The position numbers and the translations under genes are program-made. The notes under the pieces are model-generated. The model saw only the letters and a program-made list of their open reading frames with translations, ran no database searches and was not told the DNA's origin. A stretch of 55,663 bases of DNA from an uncultured Gammaproteobacteria bacterium (lineage in GTDB: Bacteria > Patescibacteriota > Microgenomatia > UBA8517 > JACQJR01): assembly GCA_964363945.1 (NCBI GenBank), contig CAYIKF010000001.1:1-55663 (forward strand). Reading direction: 5' to 3'. Within the stretch, counting starts at the first letter, position 1. Each line of letters opens with the position of its first letter. Below, piece by piece: positions 8,178 through 17,849 of this stretch.

Positions 8178-9881
8178 TTAGAGCACTTCTACTAATCGGA
8201 AGGCCGTCTGGCCATTGGGATATTTAATCTCATCAACAAGTTTAAATTGATCTGGATTATTTGAATCTTCAATTGGAATCTGCTCTATAGTCCCCACAAA
8301 CAAAACTCCCTTTCTCCCTCTATCCCTATGCCAATCAAGAAACTCGAATGAAATATTGTCTAATTGAGGAACAAGCCATGCATCAAGTTTACCCGCCGGC
8401 CCCTCAACAAGTTTGACATTCTTTTGATATAAAGATGGATTATATTTTTGGTAAAAGAGAAAATAGATATATGGTTGATCGTAGCTTTGTGTGATTACAA
8501 TTTTTTCATAACTTTTTTGAAGTGGAGTTATTTTTTCAACAATCTGTTTATATCCATACTGCCAGCTCTTAGCATTGTGAGCATTCATATGAACAAAGTA
8601 TTGATCAATAAAATACAAGAAATTAAGAGAATAGAGAACAGAGAATAGAAAAACAGCAAATTTACTCCATTTCAAACTTCTAACCCAATGCCATAAAAAT
8701 AATGCCCCAGCACCAAGAACAATCGTTAGTGGAATAACAAGGTTAAGTGAACGGATTGCGTGAAGTGTATCTCTAGAAAGAGCTGCAGGAAGTGGCGCCA
8801 CAAGCAACCAATATCCAATAAACAAAATAGCAGGACTTATTTTCATACGAGCTAAAAATATAGTTCCTGCAACGAGAAAAACGATATCAATAAACAACAA
8901 TACACCAGCCCTGGGAACACTAAGGTTAAGATGTACCCAATCTCCTTCAAAAAAGAGAAAACGAGGAGAATAATGATTCATCCATCGCCCTAAAATCCCT
9001 CGTTTAAAATGGAGTATTTCATTGTGGAAAAGAATGTAGGTAAGACTTTCTTTTGTCTCATTTCCCTGCCCAAGAATATGACTTACTATTTCTTCTGGAC
9101 GTGGTCCGGAAAAAACACTGAAAACTTCAAGCCTCCCTGTTTTCTCTGTGCCTATTGATAGCAGGACAGGCAATGAAACAAGAATGAACGCTACGACTGA
9201 CCCAACTAGAATCTTCTTTGAAACAGTAAAAAGTTTTCTTGACCAAAAAACTACAAGTCCTAAAATTACAAGCCCTGTTGCAAGTTTTGCACCCTGATAG
9301 GTTATTAATGTTGTCCCAAAGAAAAGGGCTGAAAAAAGAAGCCAATTTGGCCTATCGCGTATAGCTCGTAGAAAAAAATAAATACCAATAAGGGTTAAGG
9401 TCAACGACATCCCTGCTTCCCAAGCGCCTCTTGAAAAATGAATATGCCAAGGAGAGATGGCTAGCAAGAAGCTTGCTAGAATTTTCAATTTATAATTTTC
9501 AATTTTCAATTGATTTTTTTCTCTGAACAACTCACCAACAACTAAATAAATTAACCACACCGCAATAATCCCAGAAATTGCGCCTGGTAGACGGGCCGCA
9601 AATTCGTTAAGCCCAAAAACGGCAACCGAAGGAACAGCTGCATAAACATAAAGTCCTGGTTTCCAATCGGAAAATGATTTAAAAATAATCGGCAAGAATT
9701 CTCCATGCTCATCTCGCCCTGTTTTCAAGATAGAATACGCGTTATATCCCAACGCCGCCTCATCGTTTGTCAAATGTGGCGGAATACTCCCCAAGCTCCA
9801 CAATCTCAAAACCGCAGCTAAAATTAAAATAACTAAAAGCCATTTATTACCTAAAATTTTTGCTTTAATGAATTGATTCAT
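8178..9881 (-). CDS. GT39/PMT-family membrane glycosyltransferase, paralog 2
   Basis: 567 aa with TNDEAALGYNAYSILKTGRDEHG and SPWHIHFSRGAWE. The C-terminal domain contains YDQPYIYFLFYQKY and ends in YPNGQTAFRLV. Carries an in-frame TGAAAAT-type array. Confidence 0.8.
   Translation of the reverse strand: MNQFIKAKILGNKWLLVILILAAVLRLWSLGSIPPHLTNDEAALGYNAYSILKTGRDEHGEFLPIIFKSFSDWKPGLYVYAAVPSVAVFGLNEFAARLPGAISGIIAVWLIYLVVGELFREKNQLKIENYKLKILASFLLAISPWHIHFSRGAWEAGMSLTLTLIGIYFFLRAIRDRPNWLLFSALFFGTTLITYQGAKLATGLVILGLVVFWSRKLFTVSKKILVGSVVAFILVSLPVLLSIGTEKTGRLEVFSVFSGPRPEEIVSHILGQGNETKESLTYILFHNEILHFKRGILGRWMNHYSPRFLFFEGDWVHLNLSVPRAGVLLFIDIVFLVAGTIFLARMKISPAILFIGYWLLVAPLPAALSRDTLHAIRSLNLVIPLTIVLGAGALFLWHWVRSLKWSKFAVFLFSVLYSLNFLYFIDQYFVHMNAHNAKSWQYGYKQIVEKITPLQKSYEKIVITQSYDQPYIYFLFYQKYNPSLYQKNVKLVEGPAGKLDAWLVPQLDNISFEFLDWHRDRGRKGVLFVGTIEQIPIEDSNNPDQFKLVDEIKYPNGQTAFRLVEVL
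9480..9512. repeat. Heptamer cassette of TGAAAAT type (coding strand CAATTGAAAATTGAAAATTATAAATTGAAAATT)
   Basis: Encodes QLKIENYKLKI in GT39 paralog 2. It is 30 of 33 nt identical to the trmD cassette at 50235-50268, in the same reading frame. Confidence 0.9.
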
Positions 9882-9888
9882 TGAATCA
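9874..9888. repeat. 15-bp palindrome TGATTCATTGAATCA that overlaps the start codon of 8178-9881
   Basis: Read directly (7+1+7). The ATG at 9879-9881 lies inside it. Confidence 0.75.
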
Positions 9889-9889
9889 T

Positions 9890-11575
9890 TTAAATAGTTT
9901 TCTCCAAAATATCAAACGCTGGTTTGTTGTCTAGAAAGTTTATTGTTTGTAACAATCTCCAGCCAGATGGATAGTTACCCGGACTCGTAATAAGAAGTGT
10001 TTTACCACTTAAAGGAACAATTCCGCCACTTTCCATCCGCCAGCTGGCGGAGCCATCACGCGGGATTTCCCAATCATTTACAAAATAAAACTTATCAAAT
10101 CTGTCCACCCAGTACCAATTTGATTGTGCAAAACGGATTAAATTTGGGTCCTGCCTATACTTTTCCGGATCCCATGGCCAGTAAAACAATAAAAACTCAT
10201 GCGGTTCGCCATATTTTTTGGTCATAATAATTTGGTTATATCCATTGTAATGCCCTTTTATAAATTGTACTGCTTCCTTGTACCCATACTGCCACGACCA
10301 TGAGTAATTAGTTCTATATGGTCCCACATACTCCCTCGCATAGTTTTCCATAAAATACAAAAGAAGAACAACATATATTATGCTAAACAATAATTTTAAA
10401 TTCTGTTGTTTAAACCATGCCCAGAAGGTAGCTAAACCTAACGCAACAAATATTTGTGGAAGCGGAACTATAGTTGTAGCACGAATAACATGAAACTCAC
10501 CTTGAGTAATACTGGCTGGAATAAGACCTAAAATTAGCCAAAAGAACAAAAAAGTTTTTTCCGATCTCTTCTTCTTAAACACTGCTAAAGCAACCAACGT
10601 TAAACCTACATAAAAAAATGGCGCGTTTATTGGATAAAGTATTCCTTTATCTGGAACGCTGAATTGATAATTAGATCCTCCCGAAGTAAACAAAAATCTA
10701 GGAGAAAAATAACCAATAAAATTTTTTCCAAACTCAGAGATAAAAAAGCTGTATCTATTGTATAGTAAGCGATCGATTGGCTCGGGAAGATTAGACTTTT
10801 CGCGCATTTCTATAATTCTCGCTATACTTCCCTCATCAAGCAAGAAAACCCATTTAGATCTGGCCCTTCCTTCCTGACTTGTAAAAACAAAATATAGCGG
10901 AACAAGAAAGGCAATTAATATTAAGAGTGAGGAAATAAAAACTTTATTTTGTTTAAATATCGAGGCTTTAAATTCTTTAAACCAAACAATACCAACCACT
11001 AGCAATAGTAATGGTACAAATATTCTCGTATTGTGATAAGAATACAGAGAAAGGCCCACGGAGATTGCTGAGGTAGGTAGAAAAAGAAAATGTTTTTTTC
11101 TATATAGAAAAAGGGCAACTCCCGTTATTAAGAAAAATGAAGCTACATTTGATTGAAATACAGCACGCGAGGGGAAAAACATCCATGGATCAATTGCAAC
11201 AAAAAGTGCAGCAAGAAGCGCTACTGTTTTCCCAAATTTGAGTCCATAAACTAAAAAGTAAGTAGATAAGATAATTGCTGTACCTAATATAGCGTGTGGA
11301 AATCTAATGCCAAATTCGTTAAGTCCAAATAATGCAATACTTGGAATAGTTAAATAAAGATTGACGGGCAAAGGATAATCTCCATAGGCGCGAAAATTTG
11401 TAAGTGGTAAAAACTCTCCCCATTCATCCTTGCCTGTTCTCAGGATAGAATAAGCGTTATAACCATGTGACACTTCATCCCAGTTAAGACTTGGTGGAAG
11501 TTGTCCAAGCCCAATAAAGCGAATTAGTAAACCAACCGCCAAGATAATAATTATTGCTATCCTATCTCTACCCAT
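9890..11575 (-). CDS. GT39/PMT-family membrane glycosyltransferase, paralog 3
   Basis: 561 aa with NWDEVSHGYNAYSILRTGKDEWG and a C-terminal YGEPHEFLLFYWPWDPEKY. 8-nt overlap with the upstream gene. Contains the TCCGCCAGCTGGCGGA palindrome (peptide SASWR). Confidence 0.8.
   Translation of the reverse strand: MGRDRIAIIIILAVGLLIRFIGLGQLPPSLNWDEVSHGYNAYSILRTGKDEWGEFLPLTNFRAYGDYPLPVNLYLTIPSIALFGLNEFGIRFPHAILGTAIILSTYFLVYGLKFGKTVALLAALFVAIDPWMFFPSRAVFQSNVASFFLITGVALFLYRKKHFLFLPTSAISVGLSLYSYHNTRIFVPLLLLVVGIVWFKEFKASIFKQNKVFISSLLILIAFLVPLYFVFTSQEGRARSKWVFLLDEGSIARIIEMREKSNLPEPIDRLLYNRYSFFISEFGKNFIGYFSPRFLFTSGGSNYQFSVPDKGILYPINAPFFYVGLTLVALAVFKKKRSEKTFLFFWLILGLIPASITQGEFHVIRATTIVPLPQIFVALGLATFWAWFKQQNLKLLFSIIYVVLLLYFMENYAREYVGPYRTNYSWSWQYGYKEAVQFIKGHYNGYNQIIMTKKYGEPHEFLLFYWPWDPEKYRQDPNLIRFAQSNWYWVDRFDKFYFVNDWEIPRDGSASWRMESGGIVPLSGKTLLITSPGNYPSGWRLLQTINFLDNKPAFDILEKTI
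10036..10051. repeat. 16-bp perfect palindrome TCCGCCAGCTGGCGGA in a short GC-rich patch (copy 1 of 3)
   Basis: Read directly. It is translated as SASWR in GT39 paralog 3. Confidence 0.9.
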
Positions 11576-13247
11576 AGCGTTTATCCGCCTTCAAAAGTAA
11601 TATCGTAGCAGTCAATAAAGATAACAATGAAACAATATTACCTATTGTTCTAACAGGAGTATTGGTAAAGGAGAGAGTCAATGTATGCATACCGCCAGAA
11701 ACCTTGGTTGTAATAAGCCCATAAATACCACTGGGGTAAATATCTATTTCTTGATTATCAATATAAGACTTCCAACCCGGAAAAAAAACTATGGGAAATT
11801 GTACTTTTACGTCGTCAGATTGAACCGTAATATCATAAGCTGCTTTATTGCTTGTTTTCTCAACCAAACTTCCACTTGCCTTTCCTTCCAAAATTATTGG
11901 GTCTTTTGGCGCTGGTTCTGTTGGAAGCTCTTTTGCAAAAACTGGCCAATAATCAGGTAATGAGGCAGCAATTTGTTCTTCCCAACGGTTTCCAGAAAAT
12001 TGTTCCAAATCACCAACTTTATGCCAAATATCCTCTTTGAAAAAAGAGAAGTTAAGAGTGACAGCCAAGACAATAAGAACGCTAATAAAAATTCCGTTAT
12101 TCTTTTTAATTAAAAATGCAACACCACCTGAAGCAAGCGAAAAGGCAAAAGTAGAAATAGCAAGCCAGCGCCAAGGGAATTGCAGGTAAGAAAGAAAGGG
12201 AATATTTTCCCAAATAAATGTTGATTTATTATGTGTTAAAAAGAGGGCTAACCAACCAATACCGACTAAAACTAATAATTCTTTCCATTTAATCGAAGAC
12301 AAGCTCTGCTTATCTTGTTTTTTGAATAAAAACCATAAAAGCGTAACAAGAGGAAAAATCCATTGGACTTGACCAACAGAAAGACTCAAATCATCTTTTG
12401 GCCCGAATAAAGACGCTCCATAGCCCCAAAAGCGAGAGATTAATAGTTGATTAACTGTTGTAAAATGGGCGCGAAAATCAAAATATCCGCTGGTTACTAA
12501 ATTCAAATCGATAAACTTTGATTCAAAAATAATTGGCAGTAGATAAAATGCCGAGAGGAAAACAGAAAGAATGGATGCACCAAAAATAGGCAATACCAAT
12601 CTCCATTTTTTATTCGTAAAGATGAGAAATCCTATCCAAATAATCAAAAATGGTAAAAACATTAAAAATGATAAATTGTGAGTAACGAGTAACAAAGCAA
12701 GTGAAAAACTTAATAAACAAGTTTGTTTCTGACGAAATAAAAGGATATCCCTTAAATTTTTATGTGAGAAAATATTATTAATCAAAAGGATAATAACAGG
12801 AAATATTACAAAAGCCATTGCCTCCGGTAGCGCCCCCCTTACCCAAATGTCAAGTGCCCGGTAGGGTGCATATGTATAAACAACAGCTGACAGGATTGCA
12901 GAAAGATTGTTCCCCCAAATTTGCCTGGCAAGAAAAAACATTGAAACAGCAGATCCTACCAAAGTTAGAATAAATAAAATTTTGATTGAATCAATAAATT
13001 GAAAACCGAGAAAATGGAATATTTCTCCCATTGCGTATGGTATTTGTGTATAAAAATTGAAAACCGGCTCACCATACCCAAATCCAGCATCAGGAGCCCA
13101 TCGACAGGGGATTTGTAAATCTTTTACGCATTTGTCAAATTCATACAATCTGAAAATATGGAAATCCTGCATTGAAAAAATACCAGGCCGCAGCATTCTA
13201 AAAAAAGTTGGAATTGTGAGCAATAAAACCAGGAATATTATCTTCAT
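11568..13247 (-). CDS. Polytopic membrane protein, YfhO/PTPS-related-type (putative GT-C glycosyltransferase)
   Basis: 559 aa. The N-terminus MQDFHIFRLYEFDKCVKDLQIPCRWAPDAGFGYGEPVFNFY resembles PF10131-type (PTPS_related) membrane proteins as I remember them. The C-terminal module FFPGWKSYIDNQE...GGMHTLTL plus a final TM helix matches that of the YfhO gene at 25077-27506. Paralog of 37307-39025. Confidence 0.55.
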   Translation of the reverse strand: MKIIFLVLLLTIPTFFRMLRPGIFSMQDFHIFRLYEFDKCVKDLQIPCRWAPDAGFGYGEPVFNFYTQIPYAMGEIFHFLGFQFIDSIKILFILTLVGSAVSMFFLARQIWGNNLSAILSAVVYTYAPYRALDIWVRGALPEAMAFVIFPVIILLINNIFSHKNLRDILLFRQKQTCLLSFSLALLLVTHNLSFLMFLPFLIIWIGFLIFTNKKWRLVLPIFGASILSVFLSAFYLLPIIFESKFIDLNLVTSGYFDFRAHFTTVNQLLISRFWGYGASLFGPKDDLSLSVGQVQWIFPLVTLLWFLFKKQDKQSLSSIKWKELLVLVGIGWLALFLTHNKSTFIWENIPFLSYLQFPWRWLAISTFAFSLASGGVAFLIKKNNGIFISVLIVLAVTLNFSFFKEDIWHKVGDLEQFSGNRWEEQIAASLPDYWPVFAKELPTEPAPKDPIILEGKASGSLVEKTSNKAAYDITVQSDDVKVQFPIVFFPGWKSYIDNQEIDIYPSGIYGLITTKVSGGMHTLTLSFTNTPVRTIGNIVSLLSLLTATILLLKADKRYG

Positions 13248-14944
13248 TCTGATATTGGATTAACAATTAACATCGCCTTTTTACTGTCAGGAAATAAAAT
13301 TGTTTCGAGAGGCTCGATAGTTTCAGGAAAATCACGAGCTCTTCCAACTAAAAGCGTGTTTTCTAGTGCTCCGTCATCAAAATAACGAATATCTCGGAAG
13401 GTGTACTTGCCCAACTTATACTCACCTAGTTGATCGACAAATAATAAGCCCTGTTTTTCGTAACGGAGAAAGTGTTGTGCTTGTTTTTGATAATCAGAAG
13501 GGTCCCATTTTTTGTGAAAGGCAACAAAGATATGTGGTTCTGAGAAGGCTCGGGAAATAATAATCTCGTTGTAATTTTCCTCCACACTTTGGATATACTC
13601 CACAGCTTGTCTCCACCCATAAGACATTGAATGTGCATTATTCCGGGGAGCATGATAGAAATAAGCCTCAAGGAAAAATAAAAAGCCCATTATCCCAATT
13701 ACCCAATAACCTAACAATCCAATCTGTTTGAGGTTCGAGTTGAGATGTTTGATATTCTTTACCATTTGCCATAACGCCATACCACCATACGCCGACAAAA
13801 TCTGTATTGCTGGCATCATGACTGCCGCCCGGTTTGCCGCAAACCCCGGTCCTTTTGTCAATGCCGCAGGAATTGGCGAGAGAATAATCCACGCTAAAAT
13901 AAAACCAATATCCCACTTCGGCCTCTTAACAAAAACCCAAAGAGCAACACCAATAAATGGCAACTCAAACAAATAAAGCACTCCAAATCCCGGAATCATA
14001 CCATACGTTGCTTCCCCTGCGCCTTGAGTAAAAAGAAAGGTAGGAGATAGGTAAGTTAGATAGTTTTTAGTGAATTCGCTCGCTACATAAGTTAATTTAT
14101 TAGAAAAGAGTCGCGAAATTGCATCTGGCAACCCAGCTTGTAACCCCTCGTATCTTCTGTCAGCAACCACGCCCCATCCTCCTGTCGGATTAAAAATTGC
14201 TACATCTGATGCTCTATTCCCCCCACCGCTAAGGACTGACACCATACTGACTGCTAAAAACAAACCAAATACAATTAAAAACACGTACTTCGCTTTAATG
14301 AATTGATACATTGAAATAGAACCTTTCGTTAATTTTTTATGACCCAACCAGATAAGAGCCAAAACAACAAGTGGAGTAACCAAGCGGGCCGAATGATAAG
14401 AAAACAGATTAATCCCAAATGCAAAAGCTGAAACTATCATCCATCGTCCATCCTTTAATCCCTTCAAAAATGCATAAACTCCCAAAGGCATTAAAAATGT
14501 GGTTAGATTTGCTTCAAATGCACCGCGAGAAAGAGAAATATGCCAAGGACTCACGGCAAGCAATGTTGCCGCGAGAATTTCCAATTTCCAATTTCCAATT
14601 TCCAATTTTTTGAATAATTCCTTAACTAGAAGATACGTTGCTAATACTGCTAACACCCCTAAGATTGCATTTGGCAACCTGACGGCAAACTCATTAAGCC
14701 CAAAAACGGCAACCGAAGGAATCGCAAGATATGTATAAAGTGGTGCTTTAAAATCACCGAATGAACGAAATGTTAAAGGGAACGATTCTCCCCACTGATC
14801 TTTTCCTGTCTTTAAAATAGAATACGCATCATACCCAAACGACGCTTCATCAGGAGTGAATCCGGCAGGATACTTATCAAGCCACAAAATACGCAATACT
14901 GCAGCCACAAGAAGAATTAAAATCAGCAATAAACGTGGTTTCAC
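13244..14944 (-). CDS. GT39/PMT-family membrane glycosyltransferase, paralog 4
   Basis: 566 aa with TPDEASFGYDAYSILKTGKDQWG, SPWHISLSRGAFE and a C-terminal FSEPHIFVAFHKKWDPSDY. The start codon is GTG (14942-14944). ATGA-type overlap downstream. Carries an in-frame GGAAATT array. Confidence 0.8.
   Translation of the reverse strand: MKPRLLLILILLVAAVLRILWLDKYPAGFTPDEASFGYDAYSILKTGKDQWGESFPLTFRSFGDFKAPLYTYLAIPSVAVFGLNEFAVRLPNAILGVLAVLATYLLVKELFKKLEIGNWKLEILAATLLAVSPWHISLSRGAFEANLTTFLMPLGVYAFLKGLKDGRWMIVSAFAFGINLFSYHSARLVTPLVVLALIWLGHKKLTKGSISMYQFIKAKYVFLIVFGLFLAVSMVSVLSGGGNRASDVAIFNPTGGWGVVADRRYEGLQAGLPDAISRLFSNKLTYVASEFTKNYLTYLSPTFLFTQGAGEATYGMIPGFGVLYLFELPFIGVALWVFVKRPKWDIGFILAWIILSPIPAALTKGPGFAANRAAVMMPAIQILSAYGGMALWQMVKNIKHLNSNLKQIGLLGYWVIGIMGFLFFLEAYFYHAPRNNAHSMSYGWRQAVEYIQSVEENYNEIIISRAFSEPHIFVAFHKKWDPSDYQKQAQHFLRYEKQGLLFVDQLGEYKLGKYTFRDIRYFDDGALENTLLVGRARDFPETIEPLETILFPDSKKAMLIVNPISE
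14578..14605. repeat. Tandem heptamer array (TTTCCAA)x4 on the plus strand, GGAAATT on the coding strand
   Basis: Read directly. It encodes KLEIGNWKLEI in GT39 paralog 4, at the same loop position as 7781-7815. Confidence 0.95.
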
Positions 14945-14961
14945 TACCTAAATTGTAGCAT

Positions 14962-16572
14962 TTAATTCCTGAAGATATAAAATGTTGAAACCCCGTCTGG
15001 TTCGAAGATGTTTGTGACTTTGTAGAATGGGCCAATTTGCTCTTTTTGTCCGTCAACATTATTAAATTCGGCTACAATAATACTATTAGTATTCAGCATC
15101 TCCAAGCGAGCTTCCCTAATATCAATAAATTGCGTCTTGCGAGCGAGTATCAATTTATCATGTTTAATCAAATAAAACTTCCAATACATATCAATAAACC
15201 CTACCCTATTATCCAAATAAATAGTCTCTGCAGACGATTTTGCATCCTCGCTAATTACATTCTCCAAAGCATCAGGAATGTTATATTTCATCCAAGCGTA
15301 GGAACGAATCCGATAATCAGTAAAATAATCATATAGGAAATAAGAAAAATGTAATAAGGTGGTAACAAGTAACAGGTAATATGCAACACGAAAAATTTTC
15401 CTTTTTTGGTTAAGCAAAAATTGCACGCCGTAAGTGGCTAATATAACAGCAAAAGGTAAAATCACTAGAATCCTGGAGTATCGATAATGGTCTCCTGCAA
15501 GTGCTCCAGCAATTGGAGCAGTAAAGAATCCAAAAATCAACAACCAAGTGAGTCTATTCCTTTTCTTTAGCCCGAAGGGCCAAGCTTCGCTTATGGCACT
15601 ATAAATGCCCACTGGAATGAGAACCAAAAGTGGCAGTAAGAAAACTCCGGCCTTTATTGCCGACTGTGAAAGCCCTAGAGGATGGTGCAGACTTGTTGAA
15701 TGAATAAGACTAGCATCTCCCAACAAAAATAAGTAAATTGGGTTAAAGTAAGAAATAAAAACATTAAATCGATGCGCTAAACTTTCCGGCGAGAGAATGG
15801 AAACGATTCCACTTAATGCGTTATTACCTGTAGTATCGTAAATCCCTGTATAACGCACCTGGTCAAGGAATAGAGTTTCAGGAAATGCTATCGTCCATGG
15901 AATAAGCGGCGATAATGGAGCTAAAAAACCAATAAGTACAATAAACAGCAACTTGATTTTCTTTTTAACTTCAGGGAAAACACAAACTATAGTTGTCAAA
16001 AGATAAAACGGCATCATAACTCTAGCCGCGTGATAACTATAGAATCCAAAACCTAGAACTAGTCCAGATACGAACAAAAGCCAAGGTTTTCGTCTTTCTA
16101 AGAATTCATAAAGGAGTAAAAGCCAGCCAAGAACAAAAGGAACAATATAAAGATTATCAAGTAAAATTCGACTTTGGATAAAATGAACTGGTGTTGTGGC
16201 AAGCAAAACTCCCGCAAGGAGTCCAAACTTCTCGCTTTTAAATATTCTTTTGGCTAAAAGATAAACTAAAACTATATTTATTATTCCCACTATTACACTC
16301 GGAAGACGTATAGCTACCTCGGAGAGCGGAAATAGTTTTAAAATAAGTGCGGTCAAATAAACAATTATTGGCGTTGACCACATGACGTTCAAATGCCAAA
16401 AGTAAAGGGGAAAGAAACGTCCATTCTCATCAAAGCCAGTTTTGGCAATTGAATATGCATTAAGGGAAAAACCCAATTCATCTTGATTAAGATGAACGGG
16501 GGTTACATTAAGAAAGGCGCTGTATAAAACAATAACTGCTAGTAACCCTAATACAAAAACAACACTTTTCAT
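14962..16572 (-). CDS. GT39/PMT-family membrane glycosyltransferase, divergent paralog 5
   Basis: 536 aa with NQDELGFSLNAYSIAKTGFDENG and the same overall architecture. The C-terminal domain ends in EPDGVSTFYIF. Confidence 0.7.
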   Translation of the reverse strand: MKSVVFVLGLLAVIVLYSAFLNVTPVHLNQDELGFSLNAYSIAKTGFDENGRFFPLYFWHLNVMWSTPIIVYLTALILKLFPLSEVAIRLPSVIVGIINIVLVYLLAKRIFKSEKFGLLAGVLLATTPVHFIQSRILLDNLYIVPFVLGWLLLLYEFLERRKPWLLFVSGLVLGFGFYSYHAARVMMPFYLLTTIVCVFPEVKKKIKLLFIVLIGFLAPLSPLIPWTIAFPETLFLDQVRYTGIYDTTGNNALSGIVSILSPESLAHRFNVFISYFNPIYLFLLGDASLIHSTSLHHPLGLSQSAIKAGVFLLPLLVLIPVGIYSAISEAWPFGLKKRNRLTWLLIFGFFTAPIAGALAGDHYRYSRILVILPFAVILATYGVQFLLNQKRKIFRVAYYLLLVTTLLHFSYFLYDYFTDYRIRSYAWMKYNIPDALENVISEDAKSSAETIYLDNRVGFIDMYWKFYLIKHDKLILARKTQFIDIREARLEMLNTNSIIVAEFNNVDGQKEQIGPFYKVTNIFEPDGVSTFYIFRN

Positions 16573-17849
16573 TTTTTAATTACTTTTGGAGATTTAACGA
16601 AGCTAACATAAACATATAAAAACAGTGTCGTAACTACTCCACCTAATATTCTTGGCAACAACCTATCCCAAGCTGACATAAATTCTATTAGCCACTCTAT
16701 CCTTGGATACCACCAGAAGTTATACAAGTTTAATAAATAAATCACCGAAATAGATATTAACAAAGGGAGCCATTTTCGCTCAAGTGCTGTAATAATTGTA
16801 AGTAGCGGGAATATTGGATAAAGGTATCGCTCGTGCATTCCTGTTGCAAGAACAAATATAGAAAATAAAGTTAAAAAACAAACCCATAAAATGTTCTGGA
16901 AATCGAATTTTTTGTAAACTTTAACCAGCAGTGGAATAAATGTTATCCCAAACAAAATATAACCCCACGTTCTAAAATTCAATAGCCCTGCCATTAACGT
17001 ATCTGGCCTTTCATGAATACCGGTGAGAGCCGCCCAAAAATTAAATGCATTTGCAGTAATCAAATGAAGCTGCCAACCGAAGACTTTATCTTTGTAAAGA
17101 TTAAAAAGCCAAGAAAAAGGTTCACCTGCCTGCGCAGGCAGGCCAGAAAAGGGAAGAGTTAGAATCCCAATAATTACAAGTGGAATACTTATTGCTTTTA
17201 TCCAAGTATTTACTTGATATCTCTGTCGCCATGCAATAATTAAAAATATCGGCAACAAAATACCAAGCGAGGCTTTAATAAATAAAGAAAGAGAGAGAGA
17301 GAGAAAGGAAAAAACGAGTTTTCGCTCAAGCAATAAAAGTAATGAGAGTAATCCAAAGAAATTTATGGTAGCATCTGTTTGACCCCAAATACTTGAGTTG
17401 TACCACGTGATGGGATTAACAAGAAATGCCATTGCTGCCCACGCGCCGATTTTTTCTTTACCCTTTTCTCTGAAGAACAAAAATATCAAATAAGCGATTC
17501 CCAAATCGGCGAGTATCGCAGGTAATTTCAATAAACTCGGATATAAATTTGTCTCAAAAAAAAGCATTATATTTGAGGGGAACAGAGGAATATTTATGTT
17601 GATAAACCAGAAAAAAGAAAAAACTGCCTCAAAAATTTTTCTTACTGCCGCAAATATATAAATAGTACCCGGTGGCTGATTGGGCCAGGTAAAACTCCAA
17701 ACATTAGCTTTATAAAACTCTCCCGGGCCATACTGCCAAAAACGAATTCCCCAGTCCACATGATTATTGACATCCGGGTGCCACACCAAAAAGGCAAGAG
17801 TAATCCGAAAAACAAAAGCGAGTAAAATTATCTTGTAAATACCTTTCAT
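16569..17849 (-). CDS. Polytopic membrane protein, putative GT-C glycosyltransferase (ALG6/8- or GT87-like), family uncertain
   Basis: 426 aa. The motifs WSFTWPNQPPG, SSIWGQTDATINF and ITANAFNFW are shared with the paralog at 31235-32596 (VYSWPTQPPL, GSVWGQTDQVSF, STNAFNFW). 4-nt overlaps on both sides. Confidence 0.5.
   Translation of the reverse strand: MKGIYKIILLAFVFRITLAFLVWHPDVNNHVDWGIRFWQYGPGEFYKANVWSFTWPNQPPGTIYIFAAVRKIFEAVFSFFWFININIPLFPSNIMLFFETNLYPSLLKLPAILADLGIAYLIFLFFREKGKEKIGAWAAMAFLVNPITWYNSSIWGQTDATINFFGLLSLLLLLERKLVFSFLSLSLSLFIKASLGILLPIFLIIAWRQRYQVNTWIKAISIPLVIIGILTLPFSGLPAQAGEPFSWLFNLYKDKVFGWQLHLITANAFNFWAALTGIHERPDTLMAGLLNFRTWGYILFGITFIPLLVKVYKKFDFQNILWVCFLTLFSIFVLATGMHERYLYPIFPLLTIITALERKWLPLLISISVIYLLNLYNFWWYPRIEWLIEFMSAWDRLLPRILGGVVTTLFLYVYVSFVKSPKVIKK
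17124..17141. repeat. 18-bp perfect GC-rich palindrome CCTGCCTGCGCAGGCAGG inside 16569-17849
   Basis: Read directly. It encodes LPAQAGE. Confidence 0.85.
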
